A DNA stretch of 63,234 nucleotides. Origin: Rickettsia typhi (GTDB lineage Bacteria; Pseudomonadota; Alphaproteobacteria; Rickettsiales; UBA1997). The notes under the pieces are model-generated. The model was given only the letters and a program-made list of their open reading frames with translations, did not search any database and was not told the DNA's origin. This document shows, piece after piece, positions 47,910 to 59,690 of the stretch (the first letter of the stretch is position 1; each line of letters begins with the position of its first letter). Location: contig CAMAXU010000004.1 in assembly GCA_945862455.1 (NCBI GenBank), positions 1-63,234 of the forward strand. The letters are read 5' to 3'. Position numbers and translations under genes: made by a program.

Positions 47910-49709
47910 ATGTCAGAAAAAAAAATCGGAAATTACACAATAATTGATCATGAATTCGACGTTGTAGTTGTAGGCGCTGGCGGTGCCGGACTTCGCGCAA
48001 CTTTCGGCATGGCACAAAAAGGCTTGTCAACCGCTTGTATTTCAAAAGTATTTCCAACCCGCTCCCACACAGTTGCTGCACAAGGTGGAATTTCTGCTGC
48101 TCTGGGAAATATGGGTGACGATGATTGGCGCTGGCATATGTACGACACTGTAAAAGGTTCAGACTGGCTGGGCGATCAAGATGCCATCGAATATATGTGT
48201 CGCGAAGCACCTGCTGCAATTATTGAACTTGAACATTATGGTGTGCCTTTTTCACGCACCAAAGAAGGGAAAATTTATCAACGTCCTTTCGGCGGCATGA
48301 CCAAAGAATTCGGCGAAGGCGGACCAGCTCAAAGAACTTGCGCTGCCGCCGATAGAACAGGACATGCAATTTTACACACGCTTTACCAACAATCTCTAAA
48401 ACATAACGCTCAATTTTTCATCGAATATTTCGCCCTTGATTTAATCATGGAAAACGGCATTTGTCGTGGCATCACCGCTCTTTCAATGGTTGATGGAACT
48501 ATGCATCGTTTTAAAGCGCAAATTGTTGTTCTTGCAACCGGCGGTTATGGTCGCGCTTATTTTTCTGCTACCTCTGCACACACTTGCACTGGCGACGGAA
48601 ACGCTATGGCGCTTCGTGCTGGGCTTCCACTCCAAGATATGGAATTCGTCCAGTTTCACCCAACCGGCGTTTACGGTTCAGGATGTTTAATAACTGAAGG
48701 TGCTCGTGGCGAAGGTGGATATTTAGTCAACTCTGAAGGCGAAAGATTTATGGAGCGTTACGCTCCAAGCGCCAAAGATTTAGCAAGTCGTGATGTGGTT
48801 TCGCGCGCCATGACGATGGAAATTTTAGCCGGACGTGGCGTTGGTCCAAATAAAGACCACATTTATTTGCACTTGAATCATCTAGATCCAAAAGTTCTTC
48901 ACGAAAGACTTCCCGGAATTTCTGAAACCGCCAAAATTTTCGCCGGCGTTGATGTAACTAAACAACCAATTCCAGTTCTTCCAACTGTTCACTATAATAT
49001 GGGTGGCATTCCAACTAATTTCAAAGCTGAAGTTTTAACTGTTAAAAATGGTAAAGCTGAAACTGTTCCTGGATTAATGGCAATTGGCGAAGCTGCTTGC
49101 GTTTCAGTTCATGGTGCTAACCGTTTGGGCTCAAACTCATTACTTGATCTTGTGGTATTTGGGCGCGCCGCTGCTATTCGTGCTGCTGAACTTATTAAAC
49201 CAAATACTAAACATTCTGAACTTCCTGACAATGCTGGCGCCGAATCAATTGAGCGTTTCGATAAAATTAGAAATTCCGATGGCAAAACTTCCACCTCTAA
49301 AATTCGCGATGAAATGCAAAAATGCATGCAACTTCATGCTGCGGTATTTAGAACTGAAGATTCGTTATCTAAGGGTGCTGAAAAAATGCATGAAATTTTT
49401 AAGAAATTTGATGATCTCAAAATTGAAGATCGCGGATTAATTTGGAACAGCGATTTAATTGAAGCTTTAGAAATCGATAATTTAAGATCTCAATCTTTAG
49501 TAACAATTCTTTCCGCCCTAAATCGCAAAGAAAGCCGTGGTGCGCAAGCTCGCGATGATTATAAAGATAGAGACGACGAAAATTGGATGAAGCATTCAAT
49601 CATGTGGTGCGACAATAGTGGAAATACTAAAATCGATTATCGCGAAGTGATTTTAAAACCACTAAGCAATGATGTTCAGGCTTTCCCTCCTAAAAAAAGA
49701 GTTTACTAA
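47910..49709 (+). CDS. sdhA: Succinate dehydrogenase flavoprotein subunit
   Basis: 599 aa. [13 protein letters not shown] and the covalent-FAD His context [10 protein letters not shown]. Confidence 0.97.
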   Translation: MSEKKIGNYTIIDHEFDVVVVGAGGAGLRATFGMAQKGLSTACISKVFPTRSHTVAAQGGISAALGNMGDDDWRWHMYDTVKGSDWLGDQDAIEYMCREAPAAIIELEHYGVPFSRTKEGKIYQRPFGGMTKEFGEGGPAQRTCAAADRTGHAILHTLYQQSLKHNAQFFIEYFALDLIMENGICRGITALSMVDGTMHRFKAQIVVLATGGYGRAYFSATSAHTCTGDGNAMALRAGLPLQDMEFVQFHPTGVYGSGCLITEGARGEGGYLVNSEGERFMERYAPSAKDLASRDVVSRAMTMEILAGRGVGPNKDHIYLHLNHLDPKVLHERLPGISETAKIFAGVDVTKQPIPVLPTVHYNMGGIPTNFKAEVLTVKNGKAETVPGLMAIGEAACVSVHGANRLGSNSLLDLVVFGRAAAIRAAELIKPNTKHSELPDNAGAESIERFDKIRNSDGKTSTSKIRDEMQKCMQLHAAVFRTEDSLSKGAEKMHEIFKKFDDLKIEDRGLIWNSDLIEALEIDNLRSQSLVTILSALNRKESRGAQARDDYKDRDDENWMKHSIMWCDNSGNTKIDYREVILKPLSNDVQAFPPKKRVY

Positions 49710-49743
49710 AATCAAAATTTTATCGAAATAAAAACAAAAACTT

Positions 49744-50541
49744 ATGGCAGAATTTACACTTCCAAAAAATTCACAAATCGATAAAAAAGCCGGAAAGCTT
49801 TTTAAAGCCAAAGAAGGCGCTAAAAATGTCCGCGTTTTTGAGGTTTATCGCTATAACCCAGAAGATGCACAAAAAACAAATCCTTATATCGATAAATTTG
49901 AAATCGACATGGATGAATGCGGTCCAATGGTTTTGGATGCTTTAATCAAAATCAAATCTGATCATGATTCTTCAGTGACTTTCCGCAGATCTTGTCGCGA
50001 AGGAATTTGTGGCTCTTGTGCTATGAATATTGACGGAACCAATACCCTTGCTTGCACTAAAGCCATTTCTGATTGCAAAAGTTCAGGTGTTAAAATTTAT
50101 CCACTTCCGCACATGCCGGTTGTAAAAGATTTAGTTCCCGATCTTACAAATTTTTACGAACAATATAAATCAATCAAACCTTGGCTACAGGCTGAAATTC
50201 CTGATAACCAAAATGAAGAAAGGCTTCAATCTCCGAAGGATCGTGAAAAATTAGACGGTCTTTATGAGTGCATCTTATGCGCCTGCTGCTCAACTTCTTG
50301 CCCAAGCTATTGGTGGAACAGCGATAAATATTTAGGACCTGCAACCTTGCTGCAAGCTCAAAGATGGATTGTTGATTCACGTGACGAGGCAACGGCAGAA
50401 AGACTTGATGAACTTGAAGATCCATTCAAACTTTACCGCTGCCACACAATCATGAATTGTACGAATACTTGCCCGAAAGGCTTAAATCCAGCAAAAGCAA
50501 TTGCTTCAATCAAACAAGCGATTGCTGATAGAAAAGCTTAA
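49744..50541 (+). CDS. sdhB: Succinate dehydrogenase iron-sulfur subunit
   Basis: 265 aa. [25 protein letters not shown], and [12 protein letters not shown] clusters. Confidence 0.97.
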   Translation: MAEFTLPKNSQIDKKAGKLFKAKEGAKNVRVFEVYRYNPEDAQKTNPYIDKFEIDMDECGPMVLDALIKIKSDHDSSVTFRRSCREGICGSCAMNIDGTNTLACTKAISDCKSSGVKIYPLPHMPVVKDLVPDLTNFYEQYKSIKPWLQAEIPDNQNEERLQSPKDREKLDGLYECILCACCSTSCPSYWWNSDKYLGPATLLQAQRWIVDSRDEATAERLDELEDPFKLYRCHTIMNCTNTCPKGLNPAKAIASIKQAIADRKA

Positions 50542-50544
50542 AAT

Positions 50545-51354
50545 ATGAAAAATATTTTTTTCTTAGGTTGTGGAAAAATGGGGTCAATAATACTTCATAA
50601 TCTGCTTGAAGAAAATAGCTTTGAAGCAACTCAAATAAATATCTTAAAAAGGTCAGAAGATAATAAAATTTCTGGCCTTAATTACGTAAAAAATATCTCA
50701 GAACTTCCAAAAAATTATAAAGCCGATTTGGTTTTTATAACAATTAAGCCTCAAGATGCAGCAACGATTTTGGAAGAGTTTTCTAAGGCAAAAATTTTAA
50801 ACAAAAAAACCATCTTTGTTTCAATTTTAGCTGGAAAGAAAATTCAATTTTTTGAAAAAATTTTTGGTAATGATGCAAAAATTGTTCGCTCTATGCCAAA
50901 TCTTCCCATTCAATATTCCCAAGGAATTTTTCCTTATCTCTGCAATAAAAATCTTAAGAAATTCGAAATCGAAAATCTAAAAACTATTTTTGATAAATTT
51001 GGTTTAGCTTTTGAAATTTCAAATGAAAAATTATTTGATGCAGCAACTGCAATTTTCGGATCGGGACCAGCTTATATTTTTTTACTTCAAGAAATTTTTA
51101 CCGAGATTGCAATAAACTGCGGAATTAAAAAAAGTGAATCTGAAAATCTTGTTAAAAAGCTATTTTTAGGAAGCTCTTTAATGTCGGAATTTTCTGAAAA
51201 AAAATTTTCTCAATTACGTGAATCAGTAACTTCAAAAAATGGTACAACCGCAGCTGCTACAAAAATTCTACAAAAAAATTCAGCCTTAAAAAATATTTTT
51301 ACCAAGGCTATCGATGCAGCAATTATCAAGTCTCAAGAAATTTCCTGCGATTAA
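50545..51354 (+). CDS. proC: Pyrroline-5-carboxylate reductase
   Basis: 269 aa. GCGKMGS N-terminus, and SGPAY and SKNGTT blocks. Confidence 0.85.
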   Translation: MKNIFFLGCGKMGSIILHNLLEENSFEATQINILKRSEDNKISGLNYVKNISELPKNYKADLVFITIKPQDAATILEEFSKAKILNKKTIFVSILAGKKIQFFEKIFGNDAKIVRSMPNLPIQYSQGIFPYLCNKNLKKFEIENLKTIFDKFGLAFEISNEKLFDAATAIFGSGPAYIFLLQEIFTEIAINCGIKKSESENLVKKLFLGSSLMSEFSEKKFSQLRESVTSKNGTTAAATKILQKNSALKNIFTKAIDAAIIKSQEISCD

Positions 51355-52570
51355 AGCCAGTAAATTAGTTTTGGTATTTTTTATTTTGACCAGAATAATC
51401 CCTGCGTTTTTATCTTTTCCCTGCATTACCGATGTTCCGCTTTACTTAACCTATTTTCAAAAGTTATATCTAGGCCTTAAGCCATACAGCCAGTTTAATT
51501 TGGAATACCCACCTTTAACTTTAATTTTTATCTATTTTCCCGGATTACTCTTAAAAGACATTAATTTTACGCCCTATTATCTTTCTTTCGCTTTTTTCAT
51601 GTTTTTGGTTGATTTTTTTTGCCTAAAAACTTGCCAACTTTATTGCAAAAAACGTCTTTTAATGACTGAAAAAGAAATTTCTTATATGGGCTTTCTTTAT
51701 ACCTTGTTTACTCTGATAATGTTTCGCCTGCTTTATCATCGTTTAGATCTTGTAGTAGCTTTAATTTTTACAACTTCTTTATTTTTCTTCGAAGCTAAAA
51801 ATCCAAAATTAAAAACCAGTTTTTTTATTAATGCCTTAGTTGGTTTTTTCTACAAGATTGTACCGGTTTTTACTTTGCCGATAGCGATAATTTTTAAATC
51901 GGTAAATAGTAAGAAAATGGTTAAGATAATATGCTTGCAATCCTTATTTTTCATAATTTCACTGATCTTAATTATTTGTGCGTTAGAAATTTACACCGAT
52001 CATAATTTTATTAAAAACATGATGATTCATGCTCAAAGAGGTATTCAGGTGGAATCAACGTACTCATCATTTTTAATGCTTAATAATTTGTTACATAATG
52101 AGCATTCATCGCTTTATAATAGTTTTGGATCTTGGAATATTAAAAGCGGTTTTTATCTAGAAATTATCGCCAAATTTTTAGGAAATTTTGTCCTACTATT
52201 TTTCTACGCAGCGATTTTCTGGATTTTATTTAAGCAGGAGCGAAAAATCATTATTTCAGAAAATCACTTTCTTGACGCTACTTTGATAACCATTTTATTA
52301 CTTCTTTCTTTTCAAAAAGTCTTATCGACGCAATTTTTTGTTTGGCTCGCACCAATTGCAGCAATTTGGCTAGCAAAAAATCATTCGTGGAAATTTTTAG
52401 CAATTTTTTCTTTTATATTTCTAGCCTCCTCATTTATTTTTTCGGATTATTTTAACCTAATTGAAGAAAAACCAATTTTTGTAATCGCACTTTTTTTACG
52501 AAATATTTTACTGGTTTTCATCACCTGTTTTTTAACTCACAGATTTTTAAAAAATTTATCAAATGTCTAA
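51314..52570 (+). CDS. Polytopic membrane protein, DUF2029/GT87-like (GT-C fold glycosyltransferase candidate)
   Basis: 418 aa with at least 9 TM segments. The N-terminal loop motif [29 protein letters not shown] resembles the GT87/DUF2029 signature. The start is uncertain because the track start overlaps proC by 41 nt. Confidence 0.5.
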   Translation: MQQLSSLKKFPAIKASKLVLVFFILTRIIPAFLSFPCITDVPLYLTYFQKLYLGLKPYSQFNLEYPPLTLIFIYFPGLLLKDINFTPYYLSFAFFMFLVDFFCLKTCQLYCKKRLLMTEKEISYMGFLYTLFTLIMFRLLYHRLDLVVALIFTTSLFFFEAKNPKLKTSFFINALVGFFYKIVPVFTLPIAIIFKSVNSKKMVKIICLQSLFFIISLILIICALEIYTDHNFIKNMMIHAQRGIQVESTYSSFLMLNNLLHNEHSSLYNSFGSWNIKSGFYLEIIAKFLGNFVLLFFYAAIFWILFKQERKIIISENHFLDATLITILLLLSFQKVLSTQFFVWLAPIAAIWLAKNHSWKFLAIFSFIFLASSFIFSDYFNLIEEKPIFVIALFLRNILLVFITCFLTHRFLKNLSNV

Positions 52571-52997
52571 GATTGAAATTTATACTGACGGAGCTTGCTC
52601 AGGAAATCCTGGTCCTGGCGGATGGGGAGCAGTTTTGCTTTATAAAGAACATGAAAAAAGAATTTCTGGTGGTGAAAAAGATAGTACTAATAATCGTATG
52701 GAGTTGCGCGCCGTTTCAGAAGCGCTTAAGACTTTAAAAAAACCAGGTGAATTAATAGTTTATACCGATAGTAAATACGTAATGGACGGCATTACAAAAT
52801 GGATTTTTAGTTGGAAAAAAAATGGCTGGAAAACGGCGAATAAAAAACCGATAAAAAATATAGAATTTTGGCAAGATTTAGATGAAGAAGCTGCGCGTCA
52901 TAAAATTGAATGGGTTTGGGTAAAAGGACATAGCGGAAATCGCTTTAATGAAGTGGCAGATCAATTGGCGCGCGATGCAGTGGAGAAGTTTAGATAA
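52563..52997 (+). CDS. rnhA: Ribonuclease HI
   Basis: 144 aa. [23 protein letters not shown], and VKGHSGN..NE.AD.LA. Confidence 0.93.
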   Translation: MSKIEIYTDGACSGNPGPGGWGAVLLYKEHEKRISGGEKDSTNNRMELRAVSEALKTLKKPGELIVYTDSKYVMDGITKWIFSWKKNGWKTANKKPIKNIEFWQDLDEEAARHKIEWVWVKGHSGNRFNEVADQLARDAVEKFR

Positions 52998-53005
52998 TAA
53001 AATAA

Positions 53006-54382
53006 TTATTTATTTAGCGGACTATTGCGATAGCTATAACCAAAATAAAAGATCAAACCTAAAATCGACCACAGCAAAAACCAAAAACCATTTTCAAGCA
53101 ACAAGTTGTAAACTAGATAGCCGCAACAAAGCACCGACATTGGAACCATAACATAAACTGCCGGACATCTAAAATTGCGCACCAGATTTGGCTGTTTAAT
53201 TCGCAGAACTAAAACTCCGATTGAAACTACGATAAATGAAAACAAGGTTCCAAGACTAGTCATGTGACTCAAAATTTTTAGAGGCAATAATCCTGAAATC
53301 ACAGCAACAGCAACTGAAACAATAATTACACTGACATAAGGCGTGTTATATTTTTTATGTAATTTGCTGAAGGAAGAAGGAATTAAGCCATCGCGTGACA
53401 TTACGAAGAAAATACGGGATTGACCATAAATTAAAATCAATAAAACCGAAGTGATACCAGCGATAGCGCCAGTTGCGACAAGAGCTGATCCAATATTGCT
53501 GCCATTTAATCTTAAAGCGCGAGCTAAAGGTTCGGCGTTATTTAAATCGGCGTAAGGAGAAATTCCGGTTAGAGCTAATGCAACTGCAACATAGAGAATG
53601 GTGCAGATTACAAGAGATGCGATAATGCCGATTGGTAAATCTCTTTTTGGATTTTTGCATTCTTCAGCAGCGGTCGCAACTGCATCAAAACCGATATAAG
53701 CATAGAAAACTGTTGCAGCTCCCATAAAAACTCCACCAATTCCGAAAGGCATAAAATCAGACCAATTTTCGGTTTTAATCATTGGAGTTGCGATTATTAA
53801 AAATAGAAAAATCACGCCCAGTTTTGTAGCAACTAAAATTCGGTTTAGAGTAACGCTTTCTTTGGTACCACGAACTAATAAAAAGCCGATAAATAATGAA
53901 ATAAAAATTGCCGGTAAATTAATGATTCCGCCTTGCGCCGGAACTAAAGCCAAAGAATCGGGAATTGTAATTCCTCCAGTTTTTAAAATTCCGACCACAT
54001 AACCGGACCATCCTGCTGCAACGGTTGCGGCGCCAATTGCATATTCCAAAACCAATCCCCAGCCCACAAGCCACGCGATAAATTCACCTAAAATTGCGTA
54101 AGAATAAGTGTAAGCACTTCCGGACACGGGAACCATTGAAGCTAGTTCAGCGTAGGCTAAAGCTGCAAAAATGCAGGCGAATGCTGCCAGTAAATATGAA
54201 ATTGAAATAGCGGGACCAGCGTAAGTGGCGGCGGCAATTCCGGTAACTACAAAAATTCCGGTACCAATAGTGCAGCCAATGCCGATCATGATTAGATCAA
54301 AAGCGTTAAGTGTTTTTTTTAAAGTATTTTTTTCAGCATTCACCAAGATCGAGTGAATACTCTTTTTACGCATTAAATTCAT
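53006..54382 (-). CDS. APC-superfamily amino acid permease (cationic amino acid transporter/YfnA-like), tandem copy 1
   Basis: 458 aa with about 12 TM segments. GIGCTIGTGIFV signature. Roughly 70-75% identical by eye to the adjacent copy over the N-terminal 150 aa. Confidence 0.88.
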   Translation of the reverse strand: MNLMRKKSIHSILVNAEKNTLKKTLNAFDLIMIGIGCTIGTGIFVVTGIAAATYAGPAISISYLLAAFACIFAALAYAELASMVPVSGSAYTYSYAILGEFIAWLVGWGLVLEYAIGAATVAAGWSGYVVGILKTGGITIPDSLALVPAQGGIINLPAIFISLFIGFLLVRGTKESVTLNRILVATKLGVIFLFLIIATPMIKTENWSDFMPFGIGGVFMGAATVFYAYIGFDAVATAAEECKNPKRDLPIGIIASLVICTILYVAVALALTGISPYADLNNAEPLARALRLNGSNIGSALVATGAIAGITSVLLILIYGQSRIFFVMSRDGLIPSSFSKLHKKYNTPYVSVIIVSVAVAVISGLLPLKILSHMTSLGTLFSFIVVSIGVLVLRIKQPNLVRNFRCPAVYVMVPMSVLCCGYLVYNLLLENGFWFLLWSILGLIFYFGYSYRNSPLNK

Positions 54383-54391
54383 AAGATTGGA

Positions 54392-55789
54392 TTATTGCTT
54401 GTCTGACGATACTTTATTGAGAGGACTTTTTTTGTAACTATAACAGAAATAAACCAAAATACTGATTAAAAACCAGATCAAGAAAGGTTTACCCGTTTTT
54501 AAAAGCAAGTTATACATTAAGTAACCACAGCTCAAAATTGCAAGCGGCGCCACGATAAAAACTGCTGGACATTTGAAGGGTCTTTCAACATTTGGTTTTC
54601 TTATACGCATAACCAAAACTCCGACTGAAACTACAGTAAAGGCGAACAAAGTTCCAAGACTACTCATTTGCCCCATAGTTTGAATTGGCGTGAATCCTGA
54701 AATTATAGCCACGGCTAAAGTTAAGAAAATACAGCCTAAATATGGGGTTCCAAATTTTTTATGAAGTTTGCCAAAAGACGCCGGAATTAATCCATCACGC
54801 GCCATCACGAAGAAAATACGAGATTGACCATACATCAAAACTAGAAGCACTGCAACCATTCCAGTAACCGCTCCGGTTCCAACTAAAGCTGAACCAATAT
54901 TGCTGCCATTAACGCGAAGAGCGTAAGCCATTGGTTCGGCATTGTTTAATTCACTGAAATTTACAATGCCAGTTAAAACCAGAGAAACTGCAACATAAAG
55001 CAAGGCACAAATTAAAAGACCTCCAATTATACCAATTGGTAAATCACGATTGGGATTTTTACATTCTTCTGCCGTTGTTGCGACTGCATCAAAACCAAGA
55101 TAGGCAAAGAATATTGTAGCAGCACCAATACTAACGCCATGCCAGCCAAACGGAAAAAAGTTAGCATAATTTTCCATTTTAATATGAGGAGCAGCAATCG
55201 CCAAAAATAAAAAAATCACGCCCAGTTTAATGCCAACTAAAATGCGATTTACAACAATACTTTCTTTAGTTCCGCGAATCAATAAACAGCCAATGAATAA
55301 GGAAATACAAATCGCGGGAAGATTTATCATTCCGCCTTCCGATGGAACTTTTATTAGATATTCCGGCAAGTGAATTCCGCCAGCATTTAGAATACCGACA
55401 AAATATCCTGACCAACCAGCAGCAACCGTGGAAGCGGCAACTGTATATTCTAAAATCAAACCCCAAGCAACCAACCAAGCGATAAATTCACCAAGAATTA
55501 TATAAGAATAAGTATAAGCACTTCCGGCAACCGGAACCATTGCGGCAAGTTCAGTGTAAGCTAAACCTGCAAACATGCAGGCTAAACCAGCAAGTGCATA
55601 AGAAATTGAAATGGCAGGACCAGCATATTCAGCGGCGGCGATACCTGTTAGAACAAAAATTCCAGTTCCGATTGTGCAACCAATTCCAAGTAAAATTAGA
55701 TCAAATGCTCCAAGAGTTTTCTTTAATGAATTTTTGCTAGCTCCTTCAAGCACACTTTCGATAGATTTTCTTCTAAAAATTGATCTCAT
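54392..55789 (-). CDS. APC-superfamily amino acid permease, tandem copy 2
   Basis: 465 aa. Same architecture and motifs as 53006-54382. Confidence 0.88.
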   Translation of the reverse strand: MRSIFRRKSIESVLEGASKNSLKKTLGAFDLILLGIGCTIGTGIFVLTGIAAAEYAGPAISISYALAGLACMFAGLAYTELAAMVPVAGSAYTYSYIILGEFIAWLVAWGLILEYTVAASTVAAGWSGYFVGILNAGGIHLPEYLIKVPSEGGMINLPAICISLFIGCLLIRGTKESIVVNRILVGIKLGVIFLFLAIAAPHIKMENYANFFPFGWHGVSIGAATIFFAYLGFDAVATTAEECKNPNRDLPIGIIGGLLICALLYVAVSLVLTGIVNFSELNNAEPMAYALRVNGSNIGSALVGTGAVTGMVAVLLVLMYGQSRIFFVMARDGLIPASFGKLHKKFGTPYLGCIFLTLAVAIISGFTPIQTMGQMSSLGTLFAFTVVSVGVLVMRIRKPNVERPFKCPAVFIVAPLAILSCGYLMYNLLLKTGKPFLIWFLISILVYFCYSYKKSPLNKVSSDKQ

Positions 55790-55816
55790 TACTTAAACTT
55801 CCTCGTATTGATTTTA

Positions 55817-56845
55817 TTATTCGTTAACCAGTAAAGCTTCATCCGCGATTTCTTGCGAGATAACACCTTTGGTCAATAAATCTGTTATAGAATCTTTCAT
55901 CAAACACATGCCATTTTTTTTGCCAAGCTCAATGATTGAATTAATTTGTGGAATCTTATCTTCGCGAATTAAGTTGCGAATTGAAGAATTGGCAATCATT
56001 ATTTCGTAAGCTGCTACTCGACCACCACCATTTTTCTTTAAAAGACGCTGGGAAACTACAGCTTTGATTGAAGTGGAAAGCATGGTACGAACAACAGCTT
56101 TGTCTTCCGATGGAAAAACGTCGATAATACGGTTTATAGTTTGCGCTGATGAACTAGTATGAAGAGTTCCTAAAACCAAATGCCCAGTTTCTGCAGCAGT
56201 CAGAGCTAATTGAATTGTTTCTACATCACGCAACTCGCCAACTAAAATTACATCTGGATCTTCACGCAAAGCGCTTTTCAAGGCATTTGCAAATGACAAA
56301 GTGCTATTTCCAACTTCGCGTTGGTTGATTAAGGATTTTTTATTTTTGTGAATAAATTCTACCGGATCTTCGATTGTAATTATATGACTAGAATGAGTGG
56401 TATTTATTTGGTCAATTAGAGCTGCAAGAGTAGTTGATTTTCCACTGCCAGTTGGACCAACAACCAGAATTAATCCTTTAGAAGCATTAGCTAAACTGCG
56501 TACAATTTCAGGCGCGTGTAATGCGGAAAGACTTCTTATTTCACTTGGAATTTCACGAAATACTGCAGCAGCACCGTAAATTGTTTTAAAAGCGTTAACG
56601 CGGAAACGCAAATCTGCTCCGGCTTGAATTGAAAAATCTAACTCCCATTTTTCCTCATACATTTTTTTCTGAACTTCATTCATCACTGAGTAAAGCATTT
56701 CAAGAACCTGCACGTTTGTAAGCTGCGGAGTATTTGGAATCGCCACCATTTCTCCATCAATACGCAACATTGGTGAAGATCCAGTTGTAATATGAACATC
56801 TGAACAACCTTGCTTCTTGGCGTAAGTAAGAATTTTTTCAATCAT
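55817..56845 (-). CDS. pilT: Type IV pilus retraction ATPase PilT
   Basis: 342 aa. SDVHITTGSSPMLRIDGEM, Walker A GPTGSGKST, ITIEDPVEF, and LVGELRD.ETI..AL.AAETGHLV.GTLHT. Confidence 0.9.
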   Translation of the reverse strand: MIEKILTYAKKQGCSDVHITTGSSPMLRIDGEMVAIPNTPQLTNVQVLEMLYSVMNEVQKKMYEEKWELDFSIQAGADLRFRVNAFKTIYGAAAVFREIPSEIRSLSALHAPEIVRSLANASKGLILVVGPTGSGKSTTLAALIDQINTTHSSHIITIEDPVEFIHKNKKSLINQREVGNSTLSFANALKSALREDPDVILVGELRDVETIQLALTAAETGHLVLGTLHTSSSAQTINRIIDVFPSEDKAVVRTMLSTSIKAVVSQRLLKKNGGGRVAAYEIMIANSSIRNLIREDKIPQINSIIELGKKNGMCLMKDSITDLLTKGVISQEIADEALLVNE

Positions 56846-56881
56846 GATAAAATTAGTTGAATTTTGGGTTCGGGATTAGGT

Positions 56882-57763
56882 TTAAATTTTACTTTTTATT
56901 GCAGCTTCCCTGTTGCGAACCTGTTCAATTGGAATTGATGAGTTGTCATCAGTATAGTTTTTTTCAACATTCGCATACATATCTAAAGCTTTTTGGAGTT
57001 GGGATGTTTTATCATAAATCACCGCCAGATTATATTGATAATCAGCATTAATCGGGTCAATTGAGATAGCTTTTTGCAATAAAATTATTGCTTGGTCATA
57101 ATTTTTAATTCTATCATAAGCAACGGCAGCCTGTGCAAAAATATAGGCTGAACTAGGATTTTGAACTGTTAGGCGCGAAAGCAAATAAACTGCATCTCTT
57201 GGGGATTCTTCAACTAAAACTGACAAAAGATTTCCGATGATTTCCTCCTGATTTGTCGGATTAGTTTTTAATAATTGATAATATAAAGTTTTAGCTTGGC
57301 GAAATTGTCCAATTCTTTGATAAACAACTGCCAGTGAAAATTTATTGTAAGAATTATCAGGCTCAACTTTTAAAACCTGCTTATAAAGCTCAATTGCGGC
57401 TTCATATTGCCCTGTTAATGCAGCATTATAAGCCAGTTTTTCTTTTTCTTTAACATCGAGATTAAGTGCTTTTGAATCAGTAACTGTAATATCCATATCG
57501 CTTGGATCGTCGCTTTTTTCATCGGCTATGCCAGCTTTAATTGTATAATCACTTTTTCTTGGCTTCTTTTTTTTCGCAGCAAAAGCGTTAATTTCTTCAC
57601 GCGATCCTTGATCAAAAAGCAGGGTTTTTTCTATTTCCTTAACTACATCATTTGTTGAAACATAACTTTCCGCAGAAGCTACTCCAGAGATTATTTGCAA
57701 CGAAATTACTGCAAAAAAAACAGCAAAATTTCTCGATAAGAAGCGAATAAAATTATTTAACAT
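56882..57763 (-). CDS. Secreted tetratricopeptide-repeat protein
   Basis: 293 aa. Signal peptide ending VASA/ES, and at least 4 TPR units in aa ~110-280. Lies immediately downstream of pilT on the same strand. Confidence 0.75.
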   Translation of the reverse strand: MLNNFIRFLSRNFAVFFAVISLQIISGVASAESYVSTNDVVKEIEKTLLFDQGSREEINAFAAKKKKPRKSDYTIKAGIADEKSDDPSDMDITVTDSKALNLDVKEKEKLAYNAALTGQYEAAIELYKQVLKVEPDNSYNKFSLAVVYQRIGQFRQAKTLYYQLLKTNPTNQEEIIGNLLSVLVEESPRDAVYLLSRLTVQNPSSAYIFAQAAVAYDRIKNYDQAIILLQKAISIDPINADYQYNLAVIYDKTSQLQKALDMYANVEKNYTDDNSSIPIEQVRNREAAIKSKI

Positions 57764-57776
57764 TGGCTTTGATTTT

Positions 57777-59651
57777 TTAAAATTTGTTCTTGATGTAAAC
57801 CATCACTGCCATTATGGAAGCCGGCGTTATTCCCTGTATTTTGAAGGCTGCAGCGATAGTTACTGGACGAAATTTTTTTAATTTCTCACGCACTTCAAGC
57901 GACAGACTTTGAATATTGTTATAGTCAAGATCAAGCGGAATTTTCATATTCTCATCTTGACGAAAAATTGCCAAGTCTTGTTCTTGGCGCTTCAGATAAG
58001 AACTATATAATGCATTGATAGAAATTTGATTTTTTATTTTTGCATCAATTTGAGAAATTTCTTGAGGCCATATTTTTTCAAGCGCTTCAAAATTAATTTC
58101 TGGAAAAGCCAAAAGCTGCATCGCATTTCGCACCACGCCATCTTGTTTCATTGCAATTCCATATTCCGTGATTTTAGTGGGAGAAATTTTTAAACTTTCA
58201 AGCATCGCAGTTTTTTCTTCGATCGCTGATTTTTTTTCGTAAAAAAACTTTTCGCGCTCACTTTTTACAACGCCAATTTTTATTCCCATTTCGGTTAAAC
58301 GCATATCAGCATTGTCAGCGCGCAAACTTAAACGATATTCAGCACGCGAAGTTAACATGCGATAAGGCTCATTAGTTCCGAGCGTTGTCAAATCATCAAT
58401 CATCACGCCGATATAGCTGGAAGCGCGGTTTAAAATAAATTCTTCTTTCGAGCCGCTTGCAACTAAAGCAGCATTAATTCCGGCAACAATTCCCTGCCCT
58501 GCTGCTTCTTCATAGCCCGTAGTTCCGTTGATTTGTCCGGCAAAAAATAGGCCGCGAATTTTTTTGGTTTCAAGAGTTGGCAAAAGTTCGCGCGGATCAA
58601 CAAAATCATATTCAATCGCGTAACCAGCTTGGGTGACGCGGCAATTTTCTAAACCAGGAATTGTTTTTAAAAACTCAATTTGAACATCAAGCGGCAGTGA
58701 GGTTGAAATGCCATTTGGATAAATCAAATCGCTGTTTAAGCCTTCCGGCTCTAAGAAAATCTGATGACGCTCTTTATCAAAAAATCGATGAATTTTATCT
58801 TCAATCGACGGGCAATAACGCGGTCCAACGCCCTCAATATATCCACCATACATTGCAGATTTATGAAGATTATTTTTGATAACTTCGTGAGTTTTTTGGT
58901 TGGTGTAAGTTATGTAACAATGAATCTGCGGCACCTTGATTTCATTATTCATATAAGAAAAAGGCTGCGGCGGAGTGTCGCCTAGCTGCTCTTCTAAACC
59001 AACAAAATTAATCGAATTTTTATCAATGCGCGGCGGCGTTCCGGTTTTAAGGCGCGCCAACATAAAATTGTGAGCTTCTAAGGTTTTGGAAATTCCATAA
59101 GATGGCGTTTCGCCAACGCGACCAGCTGGAGTTTGTTGATCTCCAATGTGAATTACGCCACGCAAAAAAGTTCCGGTTGTTAAAATAACTGAAGGAGCAG
59201 AAATTTTTTTTCCATCATCCAAAACTACACCACAAACTCGCCCATCTTTAATCTCAATATCTTCAACTGAAGCAAAAGCCACTTCGAGGTTTTCGTAATT
59301 TTCTAAAATTTTATTTACCGCTTTTTTATAAAGCTCGCGATCAGCCTGCGCGCGGGGCGAATGAACTGCCGGACCTTTGGAAGCATTTAAAATTCGAAAA
59401 TGAATGCCCGCCATATCAATTGCTTTTGCCATTATGCCATCAAGTGCATCAACCTCTTTTACAATTGTTCCCTTGGCAACTCCACCAATTGCAGGGTTAC
59501 AAGACATCTCACCTAAATTTTCTACCTTCTTCGTAATTAAAAGCGTCGAACTTCCCATCCTCGCCGCAGCACAAGCCGCCTCGATGCCGGCATGACCGGC
59601 ACCGATGACGATTACATCAAATTTGGGATTGGGGTTTTTAGTGGAAAACAT
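57777..59651 (-). CDS. mnmG: tRNA uridine-5-carboxymethylaminomethyl modification enzyme
   Basis: 624 aa. [16 protein letters not shown] and a conserved GidA core. Confidence 0.96.
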   Translation of the reverse strand: MFSTKNPNPKFDVIVIGAGHAGIEAACAAARMGSSTLLITKKVENLGEMSCNPAIGGVAKGTIVKEVDALDGIMAKAIDMAGIHFRILNASKGPAVHSPRAQADRELYKKAVNKILENYENLEVAFASVEDIEIKDGRVCGVVLDDGKKISAPSVILTTGTFLRGVIHIGDQQTPAGRVGETPSYGISKTLEAHNFMLARLKTGTPPRIDKNSINFVGLEEQLGDTPPQPFSYMNNEIKVPQIHCYITYTNQKTHEVIKNNLHKSAMYGGYIEGVGPRYCPSIEDKIHRFFDKERHQIFLEPEGLNSDLIYPNGISTSLPLDVQIEFLKTIPGLENCRVTQAGYAIEYDFVDPRELLPTLETKKIRGLFFAGQINGTTGYEEAAGQGIVAGINAALVASGSKEEFILNRASSYIGVMIDDLTTLGTNEPYRMLTSRAEYRLSLRADNADMRLTEMGIKIGVVKSEREKFFYEKKSAIEEKTAMLESLKISPTKITEYGIAMKQDGVVRNAMQLLAFPEINFEALEKIWPQEISQIDAKIKNQISINALYSSYLKRQEQDLAIFRQDENMKIPLDLDYNNIQSLSLEVREKLKKFRPVTIAAAFKIQGITPASIMAVMVYIKNKF

Positions 59652-59690
59652 TGGATTAGATTATCTACTAATTAGTTTCATTAGTTCTAT

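Noticed and set aside
47875-49599. Several antisense or out-of-frame ORFs inside sdhA (e.g. 47875-48219, 47948-48148, 48466-48690, 49084-49440, 49109-49327).
   Set aside because: They are all embedded in the strongly supported sdhA frame. They arise because this gene is more G+C-rich than the surrounding genome, which gives fewer stop codons in its alternative frames.
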